Below the pieces are notes generated by a model. The model was not told the DNA's origin and ran no database searches. It saw only the letters and a program-made list of their open reading frames with translations. A stretch of 64,000 bases of DNA from Vulcanimicrobiota bacterium. Its GTDB lineage: Bacteria; Vulcanimicrobiota; Vulcanimicrobiia; Vulcanimicrobiales; Vulcanimicrobiaceae. This document shows positions 1-9,805 of this stretch, piece by piece. A program made the position numbers and the translations under genes. The stretch's first letter is position 1; every line of letters begins with the position of its first letter. Location: NCBI GenBank assembly GCA_963786105.1, contig CAWAXX010000023.1, positions 224,001-288,000 on the forward strand, given 5' to 3'.

Positions 1-2
1 AG

Positions 3-1223
3 CTGGCCGGTTACGCAAATCTGGCGGACTACGGTCAATGGTACAACGTTCCTGGTTACGGCCAATCCTGGGCACCGTCCGATCAAGCCAACAGCTGGAG
101 CCCGTACTCCAACGGCCAATGGGTGTGGGAACCGGGGTACGGCTACACGTGGGTCGGTAACGAACCGTGGGGCTACGCTCCGTATCACTACGGAAACTGG
201 TTCTATGCCAACAACTACAACCGGTGGATGTGGCAGCCTCCCGCTTATCAGTATCAAACGAACCCCGACGTATTGGCCTCGTCGTGGCTTCCCGCGCTTG
301 TCGGATTTTTCCTGACCGGTGGTAATAGCGGGGTGGGCTACAACCCGTACGGTTACGGCAACATCGGTTGGGTGCCGCTGGCCCCGGGCGAAACGTACTA
401 TCCGTGGTATCCAGGTTTTGGGTATGGCGCGGGGTACCCGCAATATGGCGTGGGCAACGTCACGAATATCTACAACATCTATCGAAATATTCGCTACGTC
501 CGCGTCGTGCGCATGTACCCATTCGAGCGGTTCCGCGATGGCGATTGGCATCGCCCGATCCTGATGCATCCCGATCAGTTCAGGCGCGTCGGCGTGCTTC
601 GCGGGCCGGTCCCCATCGTGCCCAGCCGAACGCTTATGCGCACGGGACCGATTGCGGTGAAGCGCCCAATCGTACTCTCGTCGCAGTTCCACGCACAGCG
701 CTTCGCAGCGCGTCCGCCGGCGATGACAGCGATGCCGCTCGAGAAATCGCAAGCCGAGCTCCGGACGATCGCGAGCAAACCGCCGAAAGAAGTCGCGCTG
801 CCGGTGCATCCGCCGGCCGTCATGCACCCCGAGTACCGTCCGCCGGCGACGCGCGCGACGTATCACGCGCCGGTTACGACGACCGTCGCCAAACCCAAGG
901 CGCCCGTCCATCCAATCGAAACGATGGCGCCGGTTCACCCGGTTCACACCATGGCGCCGGTTCACCCGGTTCACACCATGGCGCCGGTTCATCCGGTTCA
1001 CACGATGGCGCCGGTTCGTACCGCAACTCCCATGTATCACCCCGCGCCGGTGCGCACCATGACTCCAGTTCATCACGTCGCACCGACGTACCATCCGGCT
1101 CCGGCCCACGACGTGACCCCGGTACCGCATCCGCAACAGCCGCAGGTTCACAAACCTCAGCCCGCGACGGCTCCGGAAAGTAAGAGTCCGAAGCCGGAGA
1201 AGACGCCGCGGCCAATGGAGTGA
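3..1223 (+). CDS. DUF6600-family protein (5'-truncated by window edge) with Pro/His-rich C-terminal tail
   Basis: Frame open from base 3 (LAGYANLADYGQWYNVPGYGQSWAP...); DUF6600-type motifs WSPYSNGQW, GYTWVGNEPWGYAPYHYGNW, IGWVPLAPGE. Confidence 0.8.
   Translation: MAGYANLADYGQWYNVPGYGQSWAPSDQANSWSPYSNGQWVWEPGYGYTWVGNEPWGYAPYHYGNWFYANNYNRWMWQPPAYQYQTNPDVLASSWLPALVGFFLTGGNSGVGYNPYGYGNIGWVPLAPGETYYPWYPGFGYGAGYPQYGVGNVTNIYNIYRNIRYVRVVRMYPFERFRDGDWHRPILMHPDQFRRVGVLRGPVPIVPSRTLMRTGPIAVKRPIVLSSQFHAQRFAARPPAMTAMPLEKSQAELRTIASKPPKEVALPVHPPAVMHPEYRPPATRATYHAPVTTTVAKPKAPVHPIETMAPVHPVHTMAPVHPVHTMAPVHPVHTMAPVRTATPMYHPAPVRTMTPVHHVAPTYHPAPAHDVTPVPHPQQPQVHKPQPATAPESKSPKPEKTPRPME
924..1017 (+). repeat. 27-bp in-frame tandem repeat (~3.5 copies) encoding MAPVHPVHT
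   Basis: atggcgccggttcacccggttcacacc at 924, 951, near-copy at 978, partial at 1005. Confidence 0.95.
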
Positions 1224-1313
1224 CTGACGGCCCAGCTCTCATCGTTCTCTAATGCGGGCACAATGTGGACCCGCGGTCCGTGGGGTTCAATTAGCTCGAG
1301 GCAAGCAAAGGCT

Positions 1314-2582
1314 ATGCGAATCACCGGCACCGCGGGTCCACTGGCATGTCTGCTCCTTTTTGCAGCGATAGGCAGTGCAGCGCCGTTGCGCGCCGCAGTG
1401 ACCGGCGGCGCAGCTACCGGCTCGAGCGACGGAACGCGGGTAGCACGCCTGAGCCTGCTCCAAAGCGGGAGCGTAGCAGTAACGCGCGGCCACGCTAACG
1501 ATTGGGTGGCAGCGACGTTGAACGCGCCCTTGATACCGGGCGACTCGTTCACGTCCGTCGATCGAGACACGCTGGCTGAAATTCAGCTCGATGGGTTTAC
1601 CGACGTGCGACTATCGGGCGACGTCAAGGGGCGGATCATCGACAACGACGTCGGCGCCCGGCGCATCGGTCTGACGAGCGGCCTCATCGACCTCTCCCTG
1701 CTCCGGGGTCAGGACGCGCCCTCCGAGATCGTGACGCAGTCGTTCACCCTGCGAACGCACTATGCGGGCAGCTATCGCATTTTCTTGCGAAGCGACGGAA
1801 CGGCGTCGATCGCGTCACGAAGCGGTCAAGCCGACGTCGTCACGCGACGTCGCGTTCTGACGATTCTCGCGGGCACGACGGTCGTAGTGCGCGGTTCGGC
1901 GGACGACGTTTCCATCGACTCGCGTCCGGATCTGGCCCGCGACTCGTTCGACGAGTTCAACGCGGGGCGCGACCGCACGCTGGTGGCGGCGCTCGAAAAT
2001 GACACGCACGTTCCACTCAGCATTGCGGGATACGGCGATCTTGCTGCGTACGGGCGATGGACGACCTTAGCGTCGTACGGTCAAGTGTGGGTTCCTAACG
2101 GCCAAAGCGCGGATTGGGCGCCGAATCGCGACGGCCACTGGTCGTACATCGGCAACGACGGGTGGACGTGGATCGGAAGCGAGCCCTGGGCGTGGGTGCC
2201 GTATCACTACGGGCAGTGGTTGTATTCTTCCGGGTATGACTGGTGCTGGTATCCGCCGCCGTTTGGATTCAACCCCGAGTGGGCGCCGGCTCTCGCCTGG
2301 GATCCGTGGCGCTCCGATCCGCCGTGGCGTTACTACCCGCTGCCCCCACCGCCTTCGCAACGTCACGGTCCCCCGGCTGTGATGTCGCCGCTAAACACGT
2401 TTCAGAACGTACGTTTCGGCGGCGCGCCGGCGATCAAAGCGATCGCTCCCGCGACCTCGATGCAATCGATCGTTCCCAGAATCTCGACCGGCCCGCCCGC
2501 GCTTCCCGTGGCAGCGCCGATCGTGCACGCTCCAATGCCCTCGCATCCGGCCCGTTCGACGTCCCCGCATCCGCCCGCATAG
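1314..2582 (+). CDS. Secreted FecR-like + DUF6600 domain protein
   Basis: Signal-peptide-like N-terminus from ATG 1314; VARLS...ATLNAPLIPGD...AEIQLD FecR-like region; GWTWIGSEPWAWVPYHYGQW; Pro-rich tail; paralogue of upstream gene. Confidence 0.8.
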   Translation: MRITGTAGPLACLLLFAAIGSAAPLRAAVTGGAATGSSDGTRVARLSLLQSGSVAVTRGHANDWVAATLNAPLIPGDSFTSVDRDTLAEIQLDGFTDVRLSGDVKGRIIDNDVGARRIGLTSGLIDLSLLRGQDAPSEIVTQSFTLRTHYAGSYRIFLRSDGTASIASRSGQADVVTRRRVLTILAGTTVVVRGSADDVSIDSRPDLARDSFDEFNAGRDRTLVAALENDTHVPLSIAGYGDLAAYGRWTTLASYGQVWVPNGQSADWAPNRDGHWSYIGNDGWTWIGSEPWAWVPYHYGQWLYSSGYDWCWYPPPFGFNPEWAPALAWDPWRSDPPWRYYPLPPPPSQRHGPPAVMSPLNTFQNVRFGGAPAIKAIAPATSMQSIVPRISTGPPALPVAAPIVHAPMPSHPARSTSPHPPA

Positions 2583-2679
2583 GTGGGCTGCCGGTTCTGG
2601 AGAACCTGCATACTTCCGGAGTTTGCCAAGGGCTCCCAATTTCGCGTGCAACTTCTCGTAATAAAGGACTTTCACAAAG

Positions 2680-3250
2680 ATGAAGACGGTTCGTTTAGTG
2701 TCGCGCGCAGTCGCGCTGTCCCTCATCGCGGGTATGCCGGCGGTCGCGGTCGCGCAAAACGCCCCGGTTCCGACGAAGGTCGCCGCTACGATGGCGAATC
2801 CACACGTCACGATGCCTCACCCAATCAGGGTGACGACCTGCAATCCTGAGCGGAACAACTACGTATCGGGGGGGTTTGCCCCTGCGTACTATCCGGGCGG
2901 TCCGTACTGGGGCTGGCCGAGCGTCTACGGATATAATTATTACCAGTATCCGGTTCAGGGTCAGCCGACTCTGAGCATCGATTATTCGAACGCTACGAGC
3001 GTCGTGATGAAGGACATCGAGTTCGGGCTCATTGCGCGCGGGCAGCTGGTTGCCGAAGTTCGCGACGTCGGCACCTTTTCACCGGGCGCAGAAATTAAGC
3101 ATCAGTTCGGATTGAGCCACAACGTTTTTCCGCTCGGCACGTCTATCGTCGAGTGCATTCCGCTCGAAAATTACGTTCGAAGACGGCACGAAGTGGAGGA
3201 GTCCGCATTTGCCGGCGCTCCATAAGAGCATTTACGGCAAGCCCTATTAG
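2680..3250 (+). CDS. Secreted hypothetical protein, probably frameshifted near 3165
   Basis: Signal peptide; called ORF stops at 3225, but removing one base at ctcgaaaa gives ...CIPLKITFEDGTKWRSPHLPALHKSIYGKPY* ending at 3250. Confidence 0.7.
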
Positions 3251-3324
3251 AGGGCTTTCCGCTCGAGTTGGTTCGGGATGCGCGGCTGAAAGGTCGCGCA
3301 TTCGCTTTTTTAGAAGGAATCTGC

Positions 3325-4596
3325 ATGCCACAAGACCTGTCTGCGGTCCAATCTCCCGAGAACGTTTGGGATATGGCCAAGCATCAACTCGACGAAGTCG
3401 CAGCGCTGATCGGCCTCAACGAGTCGATTCATGGGTACCTGCGCCAGCCCAAGCGGGTACTCGAGGTTTCCGTTCCGGCACGGATGGACGACGGAACGTT
3501 CCGCATGTTTACCGGGTATCGCGTCCAACACAATATGGCGCGCGGCCCCGGAAAAGGCGGCATTCGCTTTCATCCGGACGTGACGCTCGATGAAATCAAA
3601 GCGCTCGCCATGTGGATGACGTGGAAGTGCTCTCTGGTCAATATCCCGTTCGGCGGCGCAAAGGGCGGCGTCATCTGCGACCCCAAGCACATGTCGACGC
3701 AGGAACTCGAGAATCTCACGCGCCGTTTTACGAGCGAGATTTCGATCATCATCGGGCCAGAAAAAGACATCCCGGCCCCCGACGTCTACACGACTCCGCA
3801 GATTATGGCCTGGATCATGGACACGTTCTCCATGCAGCAGGGTTTTTCAATCCCTGGCGTGGTGACCGGAAAACCGATCTCGATCGGCGGATCGCTCGGG
3901 CGCGACAAGGCGACCGCTCGCGGCTGTTTGTACGCAATCGACGAAGCGATGGCGATTCTCGAAAAGCCGATCGTGGGAGCGCGCGTGGCGATTCAAGGGT
4001 TTGGCAACGCCGGAATGTATGCCGCGCAACTCATGGAACAGCGCGGATACAGCGTGGTGGCCGTCTCCGATTCGCAAGGCGGCGTCGCCAATTCGAAGGG
4101 ACTCGACATTCGCAAGGTCACCGCCCATAAATTCGAAACCGGTTCGATCGTCGGGTTTACCGGCGGCGAGCGCATCGATAACCGCGAAGTGCTCGAGTAC
4201 GACTGCGACGTGCTCGTACCGGCGGCGCTGGAAAAGGTGATTACGCGCGAGAACGCACCGCTAATCAAAGCGCGTATCGTGGCGGAAGCCGCGAACGGGC
4301 CAACGTTGCCGGATGCCGACGACATCCTCTTCGATCGCGGCGTGGTCGTCCTACCCGACATTTTGGCCAACGCCGGCGGCGTCACGGTCTCGTACTTCGA
4401 GTGGGTTCAAGACTTGCAAGCGAACTTTTGGGAAGAGGACGAGATCAACGAGCGGCTCAAACGCATCATCACGCGCGCTTTCCGCGACGCGCACGAACAA
4501 GCCAAGCGGTACGGCGTGTCGATGCGCAAGGGAGCGTACGCGGTGGCGGTCAACCGCGTGGCGGAGGCGACCAAACTGCGCGGCCTCTACCCGTAG
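3325..4596 (+). CDS. gdhA: Glu/Leu/Phe/Val dehydrogenase (glutamate dehydrogenase)
   Basis: GPGKGGIRFHP, PFGGAKGG, DIPAPDV, VTGKP, IQGFGNAG, EAANGP, PDILANAGGVTVSYFEWVQ; RBS gaagga before ATG 3325. Confidence 0.93.
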   Translation: MPQDLSAVQSPENVWDMAKHQLDEVAALIGLNESIHGYLRQPKRVLEVSVPARMDDGTFRMFTGYRVQHNMARGPGKGGIRFHPDVTLDEIKALAMWMTWKCSLVNIPFGGAKGGVICDPKHMSTQELENLTRRFTSEISIIIGPEKDIPAPDVYTTPQIMAWIMDTFSMQQGFSIPGVVTGKPISIGGSLGRDKATARGCLYAIDEAMAILEKPIVGARVAIQGFGNAGMYAAQLMEQRGYSVVAVSDSQGGVANSKGLDIRKVTAHKFETGSIVGFTGGERIDNREVLEYDCDVLVPAALEKVITRENAPLIKARIVAEAANGPTLPDADDILFDRGVVVLPDILANAGGVTVSYFEWVQDLQANFWEEDEINERLKRIITRAFRDAHEQAKRYGVSMRKGAYAVAVNRVAEATKLRGLYP

Positions 4597-4612
4597 GGCG
4601 AACGCGTGCGCG

Positions 4613-5194
4613 ATGGCGCAGATCGGACTCTTCGGCGAGGATCGCCGCACGATTCTGGACGATGCCACCGGATCGATTGCCTACCTGCCGGCCTGCATAG
4701 AACCTCCGACGGCGTCGGCGTGGCTCGAGAGTCTGCGGCACGAAGTCCGGTGGCGCACCGAGCGACGCCGCATGTACGACCGCGAGGTGGACGTTCCGCG
4801 GCTAGTTGCGGGTTACCGGCTCGAAGAAGACGGCGTGCCGCCCGAACTCGTTCAGGCCGCAAGCCGGGCGAGCGCGGCGACCGGCGGAGTGCGATTTACC
4901 AACGTCGGGTTGAACCTGTACCGCGACGGCCGCGACAGCGTTGCACCGCATAACGATCATCTCTACGAAATCGTCGCCGGGTATCCAATCGCGCTCCTCT
5001 CGCTCGGCGCCACCAGGCGCATGACGATACGCAGCAAGTCGCGCCCGCGCCGAGTCCTCGACCTCGACTTGGAGCACGGAAGTCTGCTCGTTATGAGCTA
5101 CGAAACGCAACGGCACTACGATCACGGCATTCCGAAGGTCGCCGGGCCTACTGGTGCGCGCATGAGCCTAGCGTTTCGCGTCCGGCCGGCATGA
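4613..5194 (+). CDS. AlkB-like 2OG-Fe(II) dioxygenase
   Basis: MYDREVDVPRL, LNLYRDGRDSVAPHND (HxD), LSLGATR, HGIPK, RMSLAFR; start at ATG 4613 (longer ORF overlaps gdhA). Confidence 0.9.
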   Translation: MAQIGLFGEDRRTILDDATGSIAYLPACIEPPTASAWLESLRHEVRWRTERRRMYDREVDVPRLVAGYRLEEDGVPPELVQAASRASAATGGVRFTNVGLNLYRDGRDSVAPHNDHLYEIVAGYPIALLSLGATRRMTIRSKSRPRRVLDLDLEHGSLLVMSYETQRHYDHGIPKVAGPTGARMSLAFRVRPA

Positions 5195-5211
5195 TGCCGG
5201 CACGGTAAGCG

Positions 5212-6123
5212 ATGGCCGAACCGTGGGAGGCCGATGTCAGCATCGACGCAACGCTGGCACGGCGCGTCATCGCGCGGCAGTTTCCAGCGCTTGCGGAACA
5301 TCCGGTAACGGTTTTTGGCGAGGGCTGGGACAACGCCGCATTTCTGGTCGGCGGCCAGTACGTTTTTCGCTTTCCGCGCCGCAGCATTGCGGTAGCACTG
5401 ATCGAAACGGAGTTGCGCGTGCTCGCACCGATCGCCGCGCGCGTACCGCTGCCGGTTCCGGTTCCGCGGTTTGCCGGCGTTGGAGATGACGAATACCCGT
5501 GGCCGTTCGCGGGCTACGACGTGCTTTCCGGACGGTCGCTGTCGGCGATGCACGTCGACGAGCGCCAGTACGGGTCGCTCGCAGCGGCGTGCGGTGCGTT
5601 CCTGCGGGCGCTGCATGCGATCGACGCTGCATCGCTACAGCCCGGGCTCGATCTCGATCGCCTCGGCCGACTCGACCACACGCGCGGCATGCCCAAAGTC
5701 TCGCGGCGTCTACGAGAGTTGACGGAAGCGGGATTAATCGCCGGCGCCGCGCCCTTCGAAACGTTGCTGGAGAACAGCGCTTCGGCGAGTCCGCGTGACG
5801 ACCGGCTCGCGGTGGTACACGGCGACCTCTACGCGCGCCACGTCTTGGTCGGCGCGGACCGGCGCGTTTCGGGAATCATCGATTGGGGCGACGTGCATTT
5901 CGGCGACCGGGCTGTCGATCTCGCGATCGCGTTCGAGACGCTTCCTCCAGGGGTCCGTGAGGCCTTCGCGACGGCGTACGGCGAGATCGACGACGAAACG
6001 TGGAGATTGGCGCGCTGGCGTGCGATCTATCATTCAGCTCTCGTAGCGCACTACGGCCACCGAATCGGCGACGCCGAACTCGTGAGGGCCGGTCTCGCCG
6101 GACTATCGTCCTGTCGAGTCTAA
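5212..6123 (+). CDS. Aminoglycoside phosphotransferase (APH)-family kinase
   Basis: GEGWDN, FRFPRR, HGDLYARH (Brenner motif), IIDWGD. Confidence 0.9.
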   Translation: MAEPWEADVSIDATLARRVIARQFPALAEHPVTVFGEGWDNAAFLVGGQYVFRFPRRSIAVALIETELRVLAPIAARVPLPVPVPRFAGVGDDEYPWPFAGYDVLSGRSLSAMHVDERQYGSLAAACGAFLRALHAIDAASLQPGLDLDRLGRLDHTRGMPKVSRRLRELTEAGLIAGAAPFETLLENSASASPRDDRLAVVHGDLYARHVLVGADRRVSGIIDWGDVHFGDRAVDLAIAFETLPPGVREAFATAYGEIDDETWRLARWRAIYHSALVAHYGHRIGDAELVRAGLAGLSSCRV

Positions 6124-6132
6124 GTAAGGCGA

Positions 6133-7452
6133 ATGAAGCCGCTTCGCATGCTTGTCGCCGGCGCTCTCGCAGCCGCGGCGGTTTCGTGCGCCGGGTTGCA
6201 CGGCTCCTTCGGTCCCGTTCCGCAGTTGCCGTCTAACCGGACCGTCACACGGGCACCGGCGATGGCGAAACGCGCAGACTTTGAGAGCGAACGGCTGTGG
6301 GGTAATGCGGCCCGCGACGACTGGGAACCGGTGACCGCTGCCGATCCATCTTCGAGTTGGGTCTACCAGATGACGACCAAGCAGAGGCCGAACTTTTTGC
6401 TGTTTCGCTCATCGGCCGACGGTGGCGTCACCTGGAACCGATCGCGGCACATCTGCCGGCGCGGCATCAAACCGCACTTTCAGTTCGATCCGCAAGTCGC
6501 GGTCGCGGGCGACGGAACGGTCGACGTGGTCTGTCTCGACAACTTCCTACCGGGTGTCGTATTTACGCAGTCGCGCGACAAGGGCCGGACCTGGAGCGCG
6601 CCGGTGCGTCTCGACCGGTTCCAGCGATATAGCGACAAGCCGACGCTGGTGGTTTCGGCGTCGGGGGCGGACGTATACGTTTCGTTCAACGATTTCTACG
6701 CGCTCTACGTGGCGGCATCGCACGACGGCGGAAAGTCGTGGAGTCGTCCCGTTCTCGCAACCCACCGGCATCTCTGGTATTACTCGTTGGGCGGCGCGAT
6801 CGCTCCCAACGGCTCGGTTTGGTTCGCGATCGACGGCGAAGCGGGAAAGGATCAAACCGGCGACGGGCACATCGCGCTCGTACGTTCCAACGACGGCGGG
6901 TCGAGTTGGACCACGGTGCCAATGGCATTGACGCACGAAGGCGCTCCGTGTCTCGTCAAACGTTGTTACCCGGACTTCTACACCGGACAGGTTGCGGTCG
7001 CCGCCGATTCCGCCGGCAGTCTCGTATGCGTTTACGCGAAGAACGACGTCGCGCAGGGGCCGAACGCACTCTACGTGCGCCTGTCGCGCGACGGCGTCAC
7101 GTGGAGCCCGCCGGCGGCGATTGCCACCGCCGGGAACTCGACCAGTCCCGCCATTGAGCCTGGACCCGATGCCGGCGACTTCCGGCTGGTATGGCAAGAC
7201 AATCGCAACGGCGCGCAAGCCTGGAACACCTGGTACGCGCGCAGCGTCGATGGCGGCCGGACGTGGAGCCCGGACGTGCGACTCTCGAACCGGGAATCGG
7301 GCGCGCCATACAAGCATCGGGGAGGCTACGATTTTCCGTTTGGCGATTATCTCGGCCTCAGCGTCGATTCGGCCGGCGTCAACCACGTGATTTGGGGCGA
7401 GGGATCGGCCGTGTACGTTCCGGGCGGAACGTGGTTTACCCGCGGCAGCTAA
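6133..7452 (+). CDS. Sialidase-like/BNR-repeat beta-propeller lipoprotein
   Basis: Lipobox-like AVSC; multiple Asp-boxes (SADGGVTW, SRDKGRTW, SHDGGKSW, SNDGGSSW, SRDGVTW, SVDGGRTW). Confidence 0.85.
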   Translation: MKPLRMLVAGALAAAAVSCAGLHGSFGPVPQLPSNRTVTRAPAMAKRADFESERLWGNAARDDWEPVTAADPSSSWVYQMTTKQRPNFLLFRSSADGGVTWNRSRHICRRGIKPHFQFDPQVAVAGDGTVDVVCLDNFLPGVVFTQSRDKGRTWSAPVRLDRFQRYSDKPTLVVSASGADVYVSFNDFYALYVAASHDGGKSWSRPVLATHRHLWYYSLGGAIAPNGSVWFAIDGEAGKDQTGDGHIALVRSNDGGSSWTTVPMALTHEGAPCLVKRCYPDFYTGQVAVAADSAGSLVCVYAKNDVAQGPNALYVRLSRDGVTWSPPAAIATAGNSTSPAIEPGPDAGDFRLVWQDNRNGAQAWNTWYARSVDGGRTWSPDVRLSNRESGAPYKHRGGYDFPFGDYLGLSVDSAGVNHVIWGEGSAVYVPGGTWFTRGS

Positions 7453-9026
7453 CGACGTTCCGGCTGGCCCTCGGGGCGTTGCTTCTACTAGCGGCGTGCG
7501 GACCAACCGGGGAAACGCGAGGCCGGGCTCACGTGTTGAGGATTGCCGATAACGTCGATCCGACATCCCTCAATCCGCTGCTCGCGCACGATCAGGACAC
7601 CATCGGTTACGATTTGCTCGTCACCGAAACGCTGGTCGGTCTGTCGGCTCAAAACCGGCTGGTTCCGATTCTCGTCACGCGCGTGCCCTCGCGCGCGAAC
7701 GGCGATATTTCGCCCGACGGGAAGACGATCGTGTACCACTTGACGCCGCGCGCGCGTTTTGCGGACGGTACCGCGTTGACGTCTGCCGACGTCGCGTTTA
7801 CGTACCGCGCGATTCTGGATCCGCGCAATCCCGTCGAATCGGTCGACGCCTACCGTCGGATTGCGGGGCTTAGTACGCCCGACAAGAGGACCGTCGTCGT
7901 GCGGCTCAAGCGACGGTGGAACGCCGCCGTAGCCGAGCTCTTCGCGCAGTCCGATTTCGCGTTCGGGATTCTGCCCGCGCACGCGTTCGAGTCGACCGAC
8001 GTGACGCGCGCCGCTTGGAACGAACGGCCGTTTGGAACCGGTCCGTTCAGAGTGGCGCAATGGCGGCGCGGAAGCGAAATCGTGCTCGCACCAAATCCGT
8101 ACTACCGGCCGCAACCAAAACTGCAACAGATCGTTTTTCCAATCATCCCTACGACGGAATCGTCCCTGGTGGCATTGCGTGCAGGCGACGTCGATCTCAC
8201 CCACGTTACCGCGACGCAGCTCGCCGAGGCACGGGGCGCGGGCGGCATTCGAATTGCGGTGACGCCGATTAACGGCGAGTACATGCTGATCGTGCGAACG
8301 ACGTCACTTCCAACCGACGACGCGCACGTGCGGCGCGCCATCAACCTTGCCTTGGATCGAGGCGAGATAGTACGCGGTCGCTTCGGGTCGCTCGCGCCGG
8401 CCGATTCGTACCTACCGCCCGTGTTCGCGTGGCACGACTCGGCGCCCTCAGCGGCGGCGGCAAACGCCGCGGGCGCAAGCCGCGAACTCCAGACGGCCGG
8501 ATGGCGACGAGCAGACGGCTGGTGGACTAAGGGCGGACGCCGGCTCAACGTCACCATCGACATTGCGTCCGAGGGCGGGACGTTGATTCAAACGATCGTG
8601 CAAGAGCAGCTCCGCCGATTCGGCATCGATGCGGAGCTAAAAACCTTCCCGGCGTCGCAGTTCAACGCCGTCGACGGTCCGATGCGAAGCGGTCGGTTCA
8701 GCCTCGCCGCGTCGCAGTGGATTGGGGGCGCCGATCCCGAGCAATCGGTGATCTTCGCGTGCAGCCAGCGCGGCAGCGGCGGCAACAACGCCTCGAATTA
8801 TTGCAGCCCGCGCTTCGAGGCGCTGTTCGAAGATCAAGCGACGACGCCGGACTTGCGGCGGCGCCAAATCGATACGGTAGAAATGCAGCGCACCGTGCGA
8901 CAAGAGGTTCCTATCGTACCGATCGCCTTTGAATCGTATATCGACGCCATGAGCCCGCGCGTCGCGAACTTCCGTCGCAACATGCTGGAGTATCCCGTCG
9001 ACGCCGCGCAGTGGGACGTGCGCTAG
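7431..9026 (+). CDS. Peptide/nickel ABC transporter substrate-binding lipoprotein (family 5)
   Basis: Lipobox LLAAC; DPTSLNPLL, FADGTALTSADVAFT, GTGPF, VRRAINLALDR; start uncertain (GTG 7431 or TTG 7479). Confidence 0.88.
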   Translation: MVYPRQLTTFRLALGALLLLAACGPTGETRGRAHVLRIADNVDPTSLNPLLAHDQDTIGYDLLVTETLVGLSAQNRLVPILVTRVPSRANGDISPDGKTIVYHLTPRARFADGTALTSADVAFTYRAILDPRNPVESVDAYRRIAGLSTPDKRTVVVRLKRRWNAAVAELFAQSDFAFGILPAHAFESTDVTRAAWNERPFGTGPFRVAQWRRGSEIVLAPNPYYRPQPKLQQIVFPIIPTTESSLVALRAGDVDLTHVTATQLAEARGAGGIRIAVTPINGEYMLIVRTTSLPTDDAHVRRAINLALDRGEIVRGRFGSLAPADSYLPPVFAWHDSAPSAAAANAAGASRELQTAGWRRADGWWTKGGRRLNVTIDIASEGGTLIQTIVQEQLRRFGIDAELKTFPASQFNAVDGPMRSGRFSLAASQWIGGADPEQSVIFACSQRGSGGNNASNYCSPRFEALFEDQATTPDLRRRQIDTVEMQRTVRQEVPIVPIAFESYIDAMSPRVANFRRNMLEYPVDAAQWDVR

Positions 9027-9055
9027 CGTGCGTCTCCGCTGCGGATGATACGGCG

Positions 9056-9625
9056 TTATGACGCGTCCGAGCCGTCGCCGTTGGGATCGCACCAGTTGCT
9101 GGTTCGCATCATGGCAACGTCGCGTTTCGCGCGATTCCCTACCTGGCCGTACCATGCCGACGACGTGAGGTCGGCGGCAGCGGTCCCGAAAAGCGAATGC
9201 TCGGAAGCCGTGTCGCCGCTGCGTCCGGCGTGACACGCCGCATCGATTGCGCCCCGAGTGTCGTGAAAAGCCGCCCATCCGGCCGTACCGAGGTTGAACA
9301 CCAAATCGCAAATGACGAACCGCCGCGCGTCCGACATGGAGTCGAAGTGAAAGGGCTCGAGGGACGCGCGGGCTTCGACGACGATCGGCGCAAAGGAGTA
9401 CTGGAACAATCCCGCCACCTGCTGCGGAGACAGCCGGGCGCCGCCCATGACGGCATTATAATCCGCGCCGAGTTTTTGCAGAATCGCGCGCGCGTCGTCG
9501 CGCTGCAGGTTAAAGCCGATTCCGATCGTCGGGATTCCCATGGAATCTAGATATTTCTGGTCGCGTTCGCCCTCGTTGATGGTCAGTCGCTTCCGACATT
9601 CGGCTTCCCACTCCGTTTGCGTCAT
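9056..9625 (-). CDS. T4-type (GH24) lysozyme/muramidase without signal peptide
   Basis: Catalytic E-x8-D-x5-T pattern (EGERDQKYLDSMGIPT), TIGIG, DLVFNLG, SAWYGQVGNRAKR resembling the T4 lysozyme C-terminal motif. Confidence 0.88.
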   Translation of the reverse strand: MTQTEWEAECRKRLTINEGERDQKYLDSMGIPTIGIGFNLQRDDARAILQKLGADYNAVMGGARLSPQQVAGLFQYSFAPIVVEARASLEPFHFDSMSDARRFVICDLVFNLGTAGWAAFHDTRGAIDAACHAGRSGDTASEHSLFGTAAADLTSSAWYGQVGNRAKRDVAMMRTSNWCDPNGDGSDAS

Positions 9626-9676
9626 GCTTCAACTCCCCGTTACAACAGGCCCTGATAATTCCGGTGTCGCGAGCGA

Positions 9677-9805
9677 TTACCTGGCGCCGAGCACGGCGCA
9701 GGCGTTCGAACCCCCTCGAAACGCTCGGTGACGTTGAAATCCTCGGCTAGCGTCCACACGATGTTGAGACCACGGCCGCGGTCGCTGAGCACGTCCGACG
9801 CCCCG
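9677..9805 (-). pseudogene. C-terminal remnant of an RsbW-like HATPase/anti-sigma domain
   Basis: ASDVLSDRGRGLNIVWTLAEDFNVTERFE continues as GGSNACAVLGAR* if one G is added in the G-run (9711-9715); no recognisable upstream part. Confidence 0.6.

Noticed and set aside
924..1017. CRISPR array
   Set aside because: Repeats are contiguous, in-frame and spacer-less; no cas genes or repeat-spacer arrays seen in the window
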